Positions 9,648-19,497 of a stretch of 64,000 nt of DNA are shown here, one piece after another. Within the stretch, counting starts at the first letter, position 1; each line of letters begins with the position of its first letter. Made by a program: the position numbers and the translations under genes. Source of the DNA: an uncultured Rhodobacterales bacterium (GTDB lineage: Bacteria > Pseudomonadota > Alphaproteobacteria > Rhodobacterales > Rhodobacteraceae); assembly GCA_963976475.1 (NCBI GenBank), contig CAXBKX010000016.1:2263-66262 (forward strand), in the 5' to 3' direction. The notes beneath the pieces were generated by a model, which made no database searches, was not told the origin of the DNA, and saw only the letters and a list, made by a program, of their open reading frames with translations.

Positions 9648-9829
9648 TGGTGATATTCCTTTGTCAGTCAGACATGTGTCACAAGATCAGCTGTGAAACG
9701 CAAGTCGCGCATCGGAAACAAACTATGGCGTGCTTGCCGCGCGCAGCGTCGTTTTGGCGCTTTAGCCCCATGCGCGCATGGGATATGAGAGCAAAAAGCA
9801 TCCACATAGTGACCAAAAGGGACACCACC

Positions 9830-11125
9830 ATGACTGCATCTGTGCGCGACACCGGCTTCTTTACCGAAAAACTCGAAACCCGCGATCCGGCTATTCATGC
9901 CGCGATGCAATCCGAGCTTGGCCGCCAGCGCAACGAGATCGAACTCATCGCCTCGGAAAACATCGTCTCTGCGGCCGTGATGCAGGCCCAAGGCGGCGTC
10001 ATGACCAACAAATACGCCGAAGGTTATCCGGGCCGGCGCTATTATGGCGGCTGCGAGCATGTAGATGTGGCGGAAAATCTGGCGATCGCGCGCGCCAAGG
10101 AACTGTTCGGATGCGAATTTGCCAACGTGCAGCCGAACTCTGGCTCACAAGCCAACCAAGGCGTGTTCCAAGCGCTGCTGACACCGGGCGATACGATCCT
10201 TGGCATGTCACTGGACGCAGGCGGGCACCTGACCCATGGCGCCAAACCAAACCAGTCGGGCAAATGGTTCAACGCCATTCAATACGGCGTGCGCCAACAA
10301 GACAGCCTGCTGGATTACGACGAGGTGCAGGCGCTTGCGACCGAGCATTCGCCCAAGATGATCATCGCGGGCGGTTCCGCCATTCCGCGCATCATCGACT
10401 TTGCCAGAATGCGTGAAATCGCGGATTCCGTCGGTGCCTATCTGTTTGTGGATATGGCGCATTTTGCCGGTCTTGTCGCTGCGGGCATCTATCCGTCGCC
10501 TTTTCCGCACGCCCATGTGGCCTCGACCACGACCCATAAAACATTGCGCGGCCCGCGCGGCGGCATGATCGTGACCAACGACGAGGTGATTGCCAAGAAA
10601 GTGAATTCCGCGATCTTCCCTGGCATCCAGGGCGGCCCGCTGATGCATGTCATCGCAGGCAAAGCCGTGGCCTTTGGCGAGGCCCTGCGCCCCGAGTTCA
10701 AAACCTACCAGGAACAGGTCGTAAAGAACGCGCAAGCGCTTGCCGATCAGTTGATGAAAGGCGGTCTTGATATCGTGTCGGGCGGCACCGATACGCATCT
10801 GATGCTTGTCGATCTGCGCCCCAAGGGCGTGAAAGGCAACGCAACCGAAAAATCGCTTGGTCGCGCGCATATCACTTGCAACAAAAACGGCATCCCGTTT
10901 GACCCTGAAAAGCCAACCGTCACTTCGGGTATCCGGCTGGGATCACCTGCGGGCACCACACGCGGATTTGGCGAAGCCGAGTTCCGCCAGATCGGCGACT
11001 GGATCGTGCAGGTGACCGACGGATTGGCCGCAAATGGCGAAGACGGCAACGCAGACGTCGAGGCCCGCGTGCGCGCCGAAGTGGAAGCCATGTGCGAAAA
11101 CTTCCCCATCTATCCAGACCTGTAG
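9830..11125 (+). CDS. glyA: Serine hydroxymethyltransferase
   Basis: [42 protein letters not shown]. Confidence 0.98.
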   Translation: MTASVRDTGFFTEKLETRDPAIHAAMQSELGRQRNEIELIASENIVSAAVMQAQGGVMTNKYAEGYPGRRYYGGCEHVDVAENLAIARAKELFGCEFANVQPNSGSQANQGVFQALLTPGDTILGMSLDAGGHLTHGAKPNQSGKWFNAIQYGVRQQDSLLDYDEVQALATEHSPKMIIAGGSAIPRIIDFARMREIADSVGAYLFVDMAHFAGLVAAGIYPSPFPHAHVASTTTHKTLRGPRGGMIVTNDEVIAKKVNSAIFPGIQGGPLMHVIAGKAVAFGEALRPEFKTYQEQVVKNAQALADQLMKGGLDIVSGGTDTHLMLVDLRPKGVKGNATEKSLGRAHITCNKNGIPFDPEKPTVTSGIRLGSPAGTTRGFGEAEFRQIGDWIVQVTDGLAANGEDGNADVEARVRAEVEAMCENFPIYPDL

Positions 11126-11157
11126 GCGCGACGGGTCAAAACCAACCCTGCAAATTC

Positions 11158-11188
11158 AGGCCGCCGCAGCACAGTGTGGCGGCCTTTT
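11158..11188 (+). terminator. Rho-independent terminator of glyA
   Basis: aggccgccgca...tgtggcggcct stem followed by a T tract. Confidence 0.75.
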
Positions 11189-11192
11189 GCGT

Positions 11193-11564
11193 CTAGACGA
11201 TACCGCGCTGGACCAAGACCACCACGGTGATGATGACCCCCACAAGAAATGCAAACGCGAGAGACCCCAGCCACGCCAAAAGCCTGCCCTTGGCACGGTC
11301 CTTGGGATCTACGGACTTGAGGAATTGCGCAAGGCGGGCATGGGCGCTTGTCGCCTTGACGCGATCAACCATACGGGCCAGCTTCGGGTGCTGCATGACG
11401 GTCGCGGCTTGTGCCAGATAAGTTGCGTCGCGCCGCAACGCGCGCGGCAAAAGCCGCCCCGCTTTACGCACTTGCTGTTCAAGCGTTTTGCCACGGATCC
11501 GCAGGTGCGTTTCCATCAACTGGCGGATCTCGTCCACCTGGGTTTGTAACATATCACCGGACAT
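11193..11564 (-). CDS. Hypothetical protein with C-terminal transmembrane helix
   Basis: 123-aa ORF filling the gap between glyA and the hydrolase; hydrophobic C-terminus LAFAFLVGVIITVVVLV. Confidence 0.75.
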   Translation of the reverse strand: MSGDMLQTQVDEIRQLMETHLRIRGKTLEQQVRKAGRLLPRALRRDATYLAQAATVMQHPKLARMVDRVKATSAHARLAQFLKSVDPKDRAKGRLLAWLGSLAFAFLVGVIITVVVLVQRGIV

Positions 11565-11642
11565 GACCGGAGGTTAATCATGCGCCGGTTGCCGCCTCAA
11601 TGCCTCTGGCCATCCTGGCGCGCCAAGGGTTAGATTAGATGC

Positions 11643-12383
11643 ATGTTAAACACGGTTCACTACGACGGCCCCAAGGCCACCCCTTTGTTGATTGCCCATG
11701 GCCTGTTCGGCTCGGCGCGCAATTGGAATGTCATCGCCAAACGGCTGTCTGTGGCGCGCCCTGTGGTGGTGGTGGATATGCGCAATCACGGCGCAAGCCC
11801 TTGGTTTAACACGCAATCCTATCCAGATATGGCCGCCGATCTGGCGCAGGTGATGACCGAGCCGATGCATGTTCTGGGCCACTCGATGGGCGGCAAGGCG
11901 GCGATGGTTCTGGCGCTGCACCACCCTGAAAACCTGCGCAAACTGATCGTCGCGGATATTGCACCTGTGGCCTATCAACATACGCAAATGGGCCCGCTAG
12001 AGGCGATGTTGGGGGTGGATATGGCGCGGGTGAACAGCCGCGCGGATGCGGGCGCGCAGATGGTGGGGCTGGAACCCGGCGTCGATACATTTTTGCTGCA
12101 ATCTTTTGATATAAAAGAGAAAAAGTGGAAACTGAATCTGGAGGTTCTGGGCGCGGAGATGGCGAAGATTGTGGGATTTCCGCAGGTGAGCGGGTCGTTT
12201 GACGGCGACACCTTGTTCCTGTCGGGGGCGGCGTCTGATTATGTCAAACAAGCGTATCGCGCGCGCATCAAAGAGCTGTTTCCAAAGGCGCGCTTTGCCA
12301 AAATTCCGGGCGCAGGGCATTGGCTGCATGCGCAAAAGCCGCGCGAGTTTGAAGCGGCGGTTGCGGCATTTCTGGCGCTGTAG
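11643..12383 (+). CDS. Alpha/beta fold hydrolase (YbfF-like esterase)
   Basis: HGLFGS, DMRNHG, GHSMGG nucleophile elbow, GHWLHA. Confidence 0.92.
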   Translation: MLNTVHYDGPKATPLLIAHGLFGSARNWNVIAKRLSVARPVVVVDMRNHGASPWFNTQSYPDMAADLAQVMTEPMHVLGHSMGGKAAMVLALHHPENLRKLIVADIAPVAYQHTQMGPLEAMLGVDMARVNSRADAGAQMVGLEPGVDTFLLQSFDIKEKKWKLNLEVLGAEMAKIVGFPQVSGSFDGDTLFLSGAASDYVKQAYRARIKELFPKARFAKIPGAGHWLHAQKPREFEAAVAAFLAL

Positions 12384-12609
12384 CCAGAGGTTATCTAGTT
12401 GATAATATTGCCTTTGTGACGAAATATGTCACAGGAATACCGACCATGGCCCCGGCGGCGGCGGCTTTGATGTGGCTCAAGCGGGGTGTGATTTGCATAT
12501 GACTTGGCTATGATCCACGTTTGCCGGGCAGCCGGTTGGGTCTGTGACTTGCGCCCTGCCCGATTGCGGCTTATTGAAGAGCAACAAATGATCCCAAACG
12601 AGGCCCGCC

Positions 12610-12720
12610 ATGATCCGCATCCTTCCCCTGTTCCTGCTTCTTGCCCTCGGCGCCTGCGAGACCGTAAAGGGCGTGGGCCGCGATATCACACAGACCGCCG
12701 AAACCGTAAAACAGCTTTAA
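12610..12720 (+). CDS. Entericidin EcnA/B family small lipoprotein (36 aa; below ORF-track cutoff)
   Basis: Translated by hand: MIRILPLFLLLALGACETVKGVGRDITQTAETVKQL; lipobox LGAC followed by the entericidin-like C-x-T-x-x-G-x-G-x-D pattern; GAGG upstream. Confidence 0.85.
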   Translation: MIRILPLFLLLALGACETVKGVGRDITQTAETVKQL

Positions 12721-12796
12721 GCCGCGTGACAGGGCCGCGCCTGCGCACGGCCCACATCCCATTGCCAATCCCCGAACCCCGTGCAAATCTGCGCGC

Positions 12797-13867
12797 ATGA
12801 CAGATTTCATCATCATCGGCGGCGGCGTCGCGGGCACGTCCGCAGGGGCGTATCTGGCCCCCTTGGGCACCGTGCACCTGCTCGAAGCGGAGCCCAACCT
12901 CGCCTATCACGCCTCGGGGCGGTCGGCGGCGCTCTTCGAGGAAAGCTACGGCAAACCCTCCACCATCGCCCTGAACGCCGCCTCGCGCGCCTATCACGTT
13001 GACAATACCCTGCTGTCTGCGCGCGGCCTGATGCTTGTGGGCACCAAAGACACCGCTGTCGATTTCGAGACCGAGCGCAAGCACATGGGCCTTGATCTGA
13101 TGACAGGCGCGCAGGCCAAGGCCATGGTCCCGATCCTGAACACCGATGTCGTGGACCGCGCCGGCTACCACGCCGATGCATGGGACCTTGACACCGACCG
13201 GCTGATCCAGGGCTATGTCAAAACCATCCGCGCAAACGGCGGCACCGTGACCACAAAATCCCCTGTCACCGCCATCGAAAAAACCGCCACCGGCTGGCAA
13301 GTTACAACACCTTCAGGCACCTACGCGGCCGCAATTCTGGTCAATGCCGCTGGCCCATGGGTCGACCAAATCGCCCGAATGGCCGGCATTGCACCGATCG
13401 GCTTCACCGCCCTGCGGCGCTCCATGGGACGCATCCCCGCGCCGGGTGGCCACGATGTCTCGCACTGGCCGATGATCTTTGGCGCGTCCGAGGCTTGGTA
13501 TGCCAAACCCGACGCAGGCGCGCTCATCGTCTCCCCTGCCGAAGAACACGCGGTCGAACCCCACGACGCCTATCCAGACGACATGACCCTCGCGCAAGGC
13601 ATGGCGCGCTACGAGGGCTGCGTCACCGAACCCGTCACCCGCCTGCTCTCGTCATGGGCCGGGCTGCGCACTTTCGCGCCCGACCGCACCCTCGTGCTCG
13701 GCCCCGAACCCTCACAGCCGGATTTCATCTGGTGTGGCGGTCAAGGCGGCTATGGAATGCAATCAAGCCCCGCCGCAGGACGCCTGCTCGCCGACCTCAT
13801 CAGCGGCACAACACCCGTGATCGAAGGGTCTCACGTTGCGGCCCTGTCACCGGCGCGGTTCCGCTAG
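12797..13867 (+). CDS. FAD-dependent oxidoreductase, DAO/glycine oxidase family
   Basis: IIGGGVAG, HASGRSAA, VNAAGPW, WAGLRTF, GQGGYG. Confidence 0.9.
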   Translation: MTDFIIIGGGVAGTSAGAYLAPLGTVHLLEAEPNLAYHASGRSAALFEESYGKPSTIALNAASRAYHVDNTLLSARGLMLVGTKDTAVDFETERKHMGLDLMTGAQAKAMVPILNTDVVDRAGYHADAWDLDTDRLIQGYVKTIRANGGTVTTKSPVTAIEKTATGWQVTTPSGTYAAAILVNAAGPWVDQIARMAGIAPIGFTALRRSMGRIPAPGGHDVSHWPMIFGASEAWYAKPDAGALIVSPAEEHAVEPHDAYPDDMTLAQGMARYEGCVTEPVTRLLSSWAGLRTFAPDRTLVLGPEPSQPDFIWCGGQGGYGMQSSPAAGRLLADLISGTTPVIEGSHVAALSPARFR

Positions 13868-14568
13868 ACACTGACGCCGAACAACCACCCCACACCCGCC
13901 GTGACCGCCATTGCAAACACGCCCCAACCCACGACGCGGATCGTGGCAGGCCGCAATGGCGCACCACCCGCAATCGCGCCCAGCGCGCCCAATCCAGCAA
14001 GCGCAATCAGCGTGACAAATAGCACAACCGGAATGACAGCCGCCGCAGGGGCCAGAAACGCCGCCAGCACAGGTATCGCCGCCGCCACACTGAACGTCAT
14101 CCCCGAGGCAAGGGCGGCTTGCAGCGGATTGGCGGCATGTAGCTCCGACAGGCCCAACTCGTCTCGCACATGGGCGGCCAGCGCGTCATTCTCCGTCAAC
14201 TCCGTGGCTACCTGATGCGCGGTCTCGGGCGATAACCCGCGCTTGCGATAGATCGCCGCCAACTCGGCAAATTCCTGCTGTGGCATGTCACGCAGCGCAG
14301 TTTTTTCGCGCGCAATATCTGCGTTCTCGACATCCGACTGCGACGACACGGATACATATTCGCCCGCCGCCATCGACATCGCGCCCGCCGTCAAACCCGC
14401 AACGCCCGCAATCAAAATGCTCTTGCTATCTGAATTGGCCGCAGCCACCCCCACCACCAACGATGAAACCGACACGATCCCGTCATTCGCACCCAAAACC
14501 GCGGCCCGCAGCCACCCGCTGCGGTTAATATAATGCGGCACACTGGGATGGGCGCTTGGATCAGACAT
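13864..14568 (-). CDS. VIT1/CCC1 family Fe/Mn transporter
   Basis: LRAAVLGANDGIVS, AGAMSMAAGEYVSVSSQ. Confidence 0.93.
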   Translation of the reverse strand: MSDPSAHPSVPHYINRSGWLRAAVLGANDGIVSVSSLVVGVAAANSDSKSILIAGVAGLTAGAMSMAAGEYVSVSSQSDVENADIAREKTALRDMPQQEFAELAAIYRKRGLSPETAHQVATELTENDALAAHVRDELGLSELHAANPLQAALASGMTFSVAAAIPVLAAFLAPAAAVIPVVLFVTLIALAGLGALGAIAGGAPLRPATIRVVGWGVFAMAVTAGVGWLFGVSV

Positions 14569-14633
14569 CGGATAGTCCCTCAAAACTTCGGCACCCCGAC
14601 GCTACGCCGATTCCCGCGACAATCCAAGCGCAC

Positions 14634-14662
14634 AAAAAGACGCCCCCGGGGGCGCCTTTTTT
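14634..14662. terminator. GC-rich palindrome with A and T tracts, probable terminator after the GcvT-like gene
   Basis: aaaaaga-cgcccccgggggcg-cctttttt immediately past the stop at 14665. Confidence 0.6.
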
Positions 14663-14664
14663 AC

Positions 14665-17160
14665 TTATCCATCGACACGAATGGTCGCGTTCTTGGGGTC
14701 ATAGGGGCTGTCTTCGACGATCACTGCCGGCCAGAGCTGATCAAGCATTTTAACCTGCACCTTGGTGCCGACTTCAGCCAATGCCGGCTTCACATACCCC
14801 ATGCCAATCGACGTCTCGAAGGCCACCGAATAGCCGCCCGATGTCAGACGCCCAATGCGGTTTCCGTCCATATCATATAGCGCCTCACGGCCCCAGGGAT
14901 CGGCATCGTTTGGTCCGTCAATCAGCACGGTCACACATTTGGACCGGACACCTTTGGCGACCATCGCGTCCTTGCCGTGGAACTCCTTTTCCAGATCAAC
15001 AAAGCGCGGCAAATCGGCCTCGACAGGCGTCGCATCGCGACCCAACTCATTGCCAAACGCACGGTAGGATTTCTCTTGGCGCAACCAGTTTTGCGCGCGC
15101 GCACCCACCAGCTTCATCCCATGCTTTTCGCCCGCCTTTTCCAAGAGATCGAACAAATAGTTCTGCATCTCGATCGGGTGGTGCAATTCCCAACCTAGCT
15201 CGCCGGTATAGGCCACGCGGATTGCATTCACCGGGCACATGCCCAACTCGATCTTCTTGGCCGACAGCCACGGGAAGCGCTTGTTCGACAGCGCCGTTTC
15301 TGGCTCCGCATCCTTGATCACCTCGGCCATAACCGCCCGCGCCTTTGGTCCAGCAATCGCAAACACACCCCATTGGGTTGTCACGTTTTGCACCTCAATG
15401 CGGCCAAACTCCGCCTCTTTATCTTCCACAGCTTTGCGCAAGAAATCGGCATCATATGCCGTCCAAGCCCCTGCAGACACAAGATAATATTCATCCTCGG
15501 ACATCCGCACAATGGTATATTCTGTGCGCGTCGTGCCATGTGATGTCAGCGCATAGGTCAGGTTGATCCGCCCCACGCGCGGCAATTTGTTGGTGGTAAA
15601 CCAATCCAGGAACGCCGTCGCTCCCGGCCCTTTGACCACATGCTTTGTGAACGCTGTTGCATCAATCAGGCCAACGCCCTCTCGCACAGCCTTTGCTTCT
15701 TCAACCGCATATTGCCACCAGCCACCACGGCGGAAAGACCGCGCATCATGGTCATTAAAACCCTTGGGCGCAAAGTAGTTCGGACGCTCCCAGCCGTTCA
15801 CAAACCCGAACTGTGCGCCGCGTGCCGCCTGACGGTCATAAGCGGGCGAAGTGCGCAGCGGACGACAGGCCGGACGCTCCTCATCAGGGTGGTGCAAGAT
15901 GTAAACGTGGTCGTAGCACTCTTCGTTTTTGCGCGCTGCAAATTCGGTCGTCATCCAGTCGCCGTAGCGTTTCGGATCAAGGCTCGCCATGTCGATCTCG
16001 GCCTCGCCGTTCACCATCAATTGCGCCAGATAATACCCCGTGCCACCCGCCGCCGTGATCCCGAAAGAGAACCCTTCCGCCAACCACATATTGCGCAAAC
16101 CGGGTGCCGGTCCCACCAGCGGGTTCCCATCAGGCGTATAGCAAATCGGCCCGTTGAAATCGTCCTTCAGACCGCTTTCCTCACAAGACGGAATACGGTG
16201 GATCATCGCCATATATTGCGCCTCAATGCGCTCCAGATCGAGCGGGAACAGATCGGCGCGAAAGCTATCAGGCACGCCGTATTCAAACACCGCAGGCGCG
16301 CCCTTCTCGTAAACCCCCAAAATCCAGCCGCCGCGCTCTTCACGCACATAAGATTGCGCATCGGCATCACGCACAACAGGGTGCTCGACATTGCCCTCGG
16401 CGCGGAATTTCACCAGTGCCGGATCCTGGTCCATCACGATAAACTGGTGCTCGACAGGGATCGCAGGGATCTTGATCCCGAGCTTTCGCGCCGTCGTTTG
16501 CGCATGGTTCCCAGAGGCAGTCACAACATGCTCGGCGGTGATCACAACCGATTCTTCAGAGGGCACCAGATTGCCACCCTTCTCGACCATTTTCACGCAG
16601 GTCACTTCCCAATGCGTGCCATTCCAGTGAAACGCATCCGCCTGCCATTTGCGCTCGATCGCAACGCCACGCTGACGCGCACCCTTGGCCATCGCCTGTG
16701 TCACATCCGCCGGATTAATATAGCCATCAGTCTGGTGATACAGCGCGCCCTTCAAATCTTCCGTGCGAATAAGCGGCCATTTCGCCTTGATCTGGTCCGG
16801 CGTCATCCACTCATAGGGCACACCGCAGGTCTCTGCGGTGGACGCATAAAGCATATACTCGTCCATGCGCGCGTCGGTCTGCGCCATGCGCAAATTGCCC
16901 ACCACGGCAAAACCGGCATTCAGGCCTGTCTCGGCCTCCAGCGCCTTATAAAAATCAACCGAGTATTTATGGATATGCGTCGTCGCAAACGACATGTTGA
17001 ACAACGGCAACAACCCCGCCGCGTGCCACGTCGACCCCGACGTCAACTCGTCGCGCTCCAACAACATCACATCATCCCAGCCCGCCTTGGCCAAATGATA
17101 GGCAATCGATGTGCCAACGGCACCCCCACCGACAACTAGGGCTTTGACATTGGTCTTCAT
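14665..17160 (-). CDS. GcvT-family FAD-dependent oxidoreductase (dimethylglycine dehydrogenase-like), third paralog
   Basis: VVGGGAVG, LTSGSTWHAAG, YTGELGWELH, LRQEKSY, TSGGYS, PYDP. Confidence 0.92.
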   Translation of the reverse strand: MKTNVKALVVGGGAVGTSIAYHLAKAGWDDVMLLERDELTSGSTWHAAGLLPLFNMSFATTHIHKYSVDFYKALEAETGLNAGFAVVGNLRMAQTDARMDEYMLYASTAETCGVPYEWMTPDQIKAKWPLIRTEDLKGALYHQTDGYINPADVTQAMAKGARQRGVAIERKWQADAFHWNGTHWEVTCVKMVEKGGNLVPSEESVVITAEHVVTASGNHAQTTARKLGIKIPAIPVEHQFIVMDQDPALVKFRAEGNVEHPVVRDADAQSYVREERGGWILGVYEKGAPAVFEYGVPDSFRADLFPLDLERIEAQYMAMIHRIPSCEESGLKDDFNGPICYTPDGNPLVGPAPGLRNMWLAEGFSFGITAAGGTGYYLAQLMVNGEAEIDMASLDPKRYGDWMTTEFAARKNEECYDHVYILHHPDEERPACRPLRTSPAYDRQAARGAQFGFVNGWERPNYFAPKGFNDHDARSFRRGGWWQYAVEEAKAVREGVGLIDATAFTKHVVKGPGATAFLDWFTTNKLPRVGRINLTYALTSHGTTRTEYTIVRMSEDEYYLVSAGAWTAYDADFLRKAVEDKEAEFGRIEVQNVTTQWGVFAIAGPKARAVMAEVIKDAEPETALSNKRFPWLSAKKIELGMCPVNAIRVAYTGELGWELHHPIEMQNYLFDLLEKAGEKHGMKLVGARAQNWLRQEKSYRAFGNELGRDATPVEADLPRFVDLEKEFHGKDAMVAKGVRSKCVTVLIDGPNDADPWGREALYDMDGNRIGRLTSGGYSVAFETSIGMGYVKPALAEVGTKVQVKMLDQLWPAVIVEDSPYDPKNATIRVDG

Positions 17161-17237
17161 TGAGTCGATTCCTTCGAGCTATGCGTTCACGCCAAATTGC
17201 GCAAAAACGCAGACAAACACCAGAACCAGCCGACCTG

Positions 17238-17526
17238 TCAGCGCACGATTGCGACAGTCACCAAAAAACGCCCCCCCAGTTCAGGGGCCGCCGCTCTCTT
17301 GGATCGGTCCGATCCACCCACCATACATCGGCGCACACCCAACTCGATCTTGCGATTGCCAAAGGTATTCTCGCCCTGACCGATCCTGGTGCCGCGCCGG
17401 ATCACCAGCCCGGTGGCCGATACATTGGACGGGGCCAATGCCGGTGATGTCACAGCAGACCCATCATAGATCCGGGGCAATAGGCAGGATTCACCCACGA
17501 AAATCGCGAATATGAATTCTGTTCAT
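17238..17526 (-). pseudogene. Possible degenerate gene for a small secreted protein
   Basis: GAGAGAG upstream of ATG at 17526; N-terminal pieces lie in different frames; core ATGLVIRRGTRIGQGENTFGNRKIELGVR has G/C at 25 of 30 third positions. Confidence 0.3.
17263..17290 (-). terminator. Intrinsic terminator-like hairpin about 100 nt upstream of the GcvT-like gene
   Basis: Minus strand cggcccc-tgaact-gggggggcg-tttttt. Confidence 0.5.
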
Positions 17527-17668
17527 CACTGCTCTCTCGCGGTTAATACCCTTTCTTTTTGCGCAACAATCGCGACCCAAATGCGAAACTGTTACGGCAA
17601 TCCAGAGGCACTTGATGGCAAACGCCCCGCCGCTTATTGATCAATACAACCACGCTTAAGGACAAAAC

Positions 17669-18511
17669 ATGAAGATTTGCCAAACAATCCATGACATGCG
17701 CAGCACCGTCACCGCCCTGCGCTTGCACGGCACCGTCGGGCTGGTGACAACAATGGGCGCATTGCACGCAGGTCATATGGCCTTGGTCCGCGCGGCCAGC
17801 GCCGCCCACCCCAGTGTGGTCGCCACCATCTTCGTGAACCCCTCGCAATTCGGCGATCCCGCCGATCTTGACACCTACCCGCGCACCCAAGCCGCTGATC
17901 TGGCCATGCTCAAGGCGGCAGGCGTCGCCGCCGTTTTCATCCCCACAGTCGCCGAAATCTACCCCGCCGGTGATGAAACCATCGTCGAAACAACAAAGCT
18001 GGCAAACACCTTTCACGGCCTCGTTCGCCCCGGCCATTATCGCGGCGTGGCAACCGTCGTGACCAAACTGTTCAACATCACCGGCGCCGATGCGGCCTAT
18101 TTTGGCGAAAAGGACTACCAGCAACTCGCCGTGATCCGGCGCATGGTGCGCGACCTGCATATGCCCATCACCATCCACGGTGTCGCAACTGTGCGCGACC
18201 CCGACGGTGTCGCCATGTCGTCGCGCAACATCCGGCTGACCCCGGAACATCGCGCCGCCGCCCGGGTCCTCAACACCGCGCTCGCCGCCGCCGAGGCTCT
18301 TATCAAACTGGGCGAAACCGTCGAAACTGCCGCCGCCGCCATCGCCGCCACAATCGGCACCGAACCCCTTGCGCAGTTGCAAGCAGTCGATATCGTAGAC
18401 CCAACCACCTTCGCCCCCGCAACAGGCAAACCGAGCGGCCCCATCGGCATCATGCTCTCGGCCCAGTTCGGCGATGTCTTGTTGATCGACCAAAAGGAAA
18501 TCACCCCATGA
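17669..18511 (+). CDS. panC: Pantoate--beta-alanine ligase
   Basis: [39 protein letters not shown]. Confidence 0.97.
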   Translation: MKICQTIHDMRSTVTALRLHGTVGLVTTMGALHAGHMALVRAASAAHPSVVATIFVNPSQFGDPADLDTYPRTQAADLAMLKAAGVAAVFIPTVAEIYPAGDETIVETTKLANTFHGLVRPGHYRGVATVVTKLFNITGADAAYFGEKDYQQLAVIRRMVRDLHMPITIHGVATVRDPDGVAMSSRNIRLTPEHRAAARVLNTALAAAEALIKLGETVETAAAAIAATIGTEPLAQLQAVDIVDPTTFAPATGKPSGPIGIMLSAQFGDVLLIDQKEITP

Positions 18512-19320
18512 GCAGCCAACCCGAGCACATCCGCCGCAACACCGTGCCGCAAATCGCCTCTCGCAAAGGCGGCGACCCCATCGTCTCGCTCACATCCTAC
18601 CACGCCCATACCGCCGCCATCGTTGATAAATACGCCGATTTCATCCTCGTGGGTGACAGCCTCGGCATGGTGATGCACGGCATGGACAGCACCGTGGGCG
18701 TGCCGCTCGATCTGATGATCATGCATGGCAAAGCGGTCGTTCGCGGCACCAAAAAAGCGCTCATCGTGGTCGATATGCCCTTTGGCTCTTACGAAGAATC
18801 CCCCAATATGGCGTTCCGCAACGCGGCCAAAATCATGAAAGAAACCGGCTGCGGCGCGGTCAAAATCGAAGGCGGCTCACGCATGGCCGACACCATCACC
18901 TTCCTCGTGCAGCGCGGCATCCCGGTGATGGCCCACATCGGCCTGACCCCGCAATCCTCCCACGTCATGGGCGGTTTCAAAACCCAAGGGCGCGATGAGG
19001 ACACATGGGCCGCCCATATCGCCGACGCCCACGCCGTCACCGACGCCGGTGCCTTCGCGGTGGTGCTTGAAGGCATGGTCGAACCTCTGGCCGCCAAAAT
19101 CACTCGCGAAATCGCTATCCCCACCATCGGCATCGGCGCGTCTGCGGATTGCGACGGGCAAATCCTCGTACTTGAAGACATGCTCGGCATGAACCCCTGG
19201 ACCCCAAAATTCGTCAAAGTCTATGGCCAGCTCGGCCCCATGATCGAAGACAGCGTAAAACGCTACGCCGCCGACGTCAAAGCGCGCTCCTTCCCCTCCG
19301 AAGACGAAGTCTACCGCTAA
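18508..19320 (+). CDS. panB: 3-methyl-2-oxobutanoate hydroxymethyltransferase
   Basis: [39 protein letters not shown]. Confidence 0.97.
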   Translation: MSSQPEHIRRNTVPQIASRKGGDPIVSLTSYHAHTAAIVDKYADFILVGDSLGMVMHGMDSTVGVPLDLMIMHGKAVVRGTKKALIVVDMPFGSYEESPNMAFRNAAKIMKETGCGAVKIEGGSRMADTITFLVQRGIPVMAHIGLTPQSSHVMGGFKTQGRDEDTWAAHIADAHAVTDAGAFAVVLEGMVEPLAAKITREIAIPTIGIGASADCDGQILVLEDMLGMNPWTPKFVKVYGQLGPMIEDSVKRYAADVKARSFPSEDEVYR

Positions 19321-19340
19321 ATCCGCGCTGATTTTCTATG

Positions 19341-19384
19341 TCTGCTCAAACTCCCGCCGGAGGCGTCTTGATCTGCCTCCGGCG
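19341..19384. repeat. REP-like GC-rich palindrome
   Basis: cgccggaggc-N10-gcctccggcg perfect 10-bp stem preceded by tctgctcaaactcc; no T tract. Confidence 0.5.
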
Positions 19385-19497
19385 CGCCATCCCCTTGACA
19401 CACAAGCGATTTCTCAATCACCCTCTCGCAAAGACGCGCGTCGTGTGCTATCTATCCACTACCACTCGCCAGAAGTGGACTTTTGAGGAGACCAGAC

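Noticed and set aside
9584-9829. N-terminal extensions in tracked ORFs (glyA; likewise trpS, ecm, usp, glnD, dut, MttB)
   Set aside because: Artefacts of longest-ORF calling; downstream starts with RBS match the family N-termini
11569-11633. GGAGGTTAATCATG identical to the RBS/start of the small gene at 56817, opening a 17-codon uORF before the esterase
   Set aside because: A 14-nt match is expected by chance at this window size on two strands, and the peptide has no supporting feature
12393-12420. AT-rich stretch tagttgataatattgcctttgtgac as a possible dif site
   Set aside because: The XerD arm (TTATG..AA) is not matched
15640-17139. Long antisense ORFs (this one, also 23115-24215, 48111-49625, 57079-58530 and many others in the track)
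   Set aside because: They lie opposite well-supported genes, have no recognisable motifs and are the expected shadow frames of GC-rich coding DNA
17161-17560. Glycine riboswitch upstream of the GcvT-like gene
   Set aside because: The conserved GGAGA / CCGAAG / CTCTCAGG aptamer elements are not present on the minus strand
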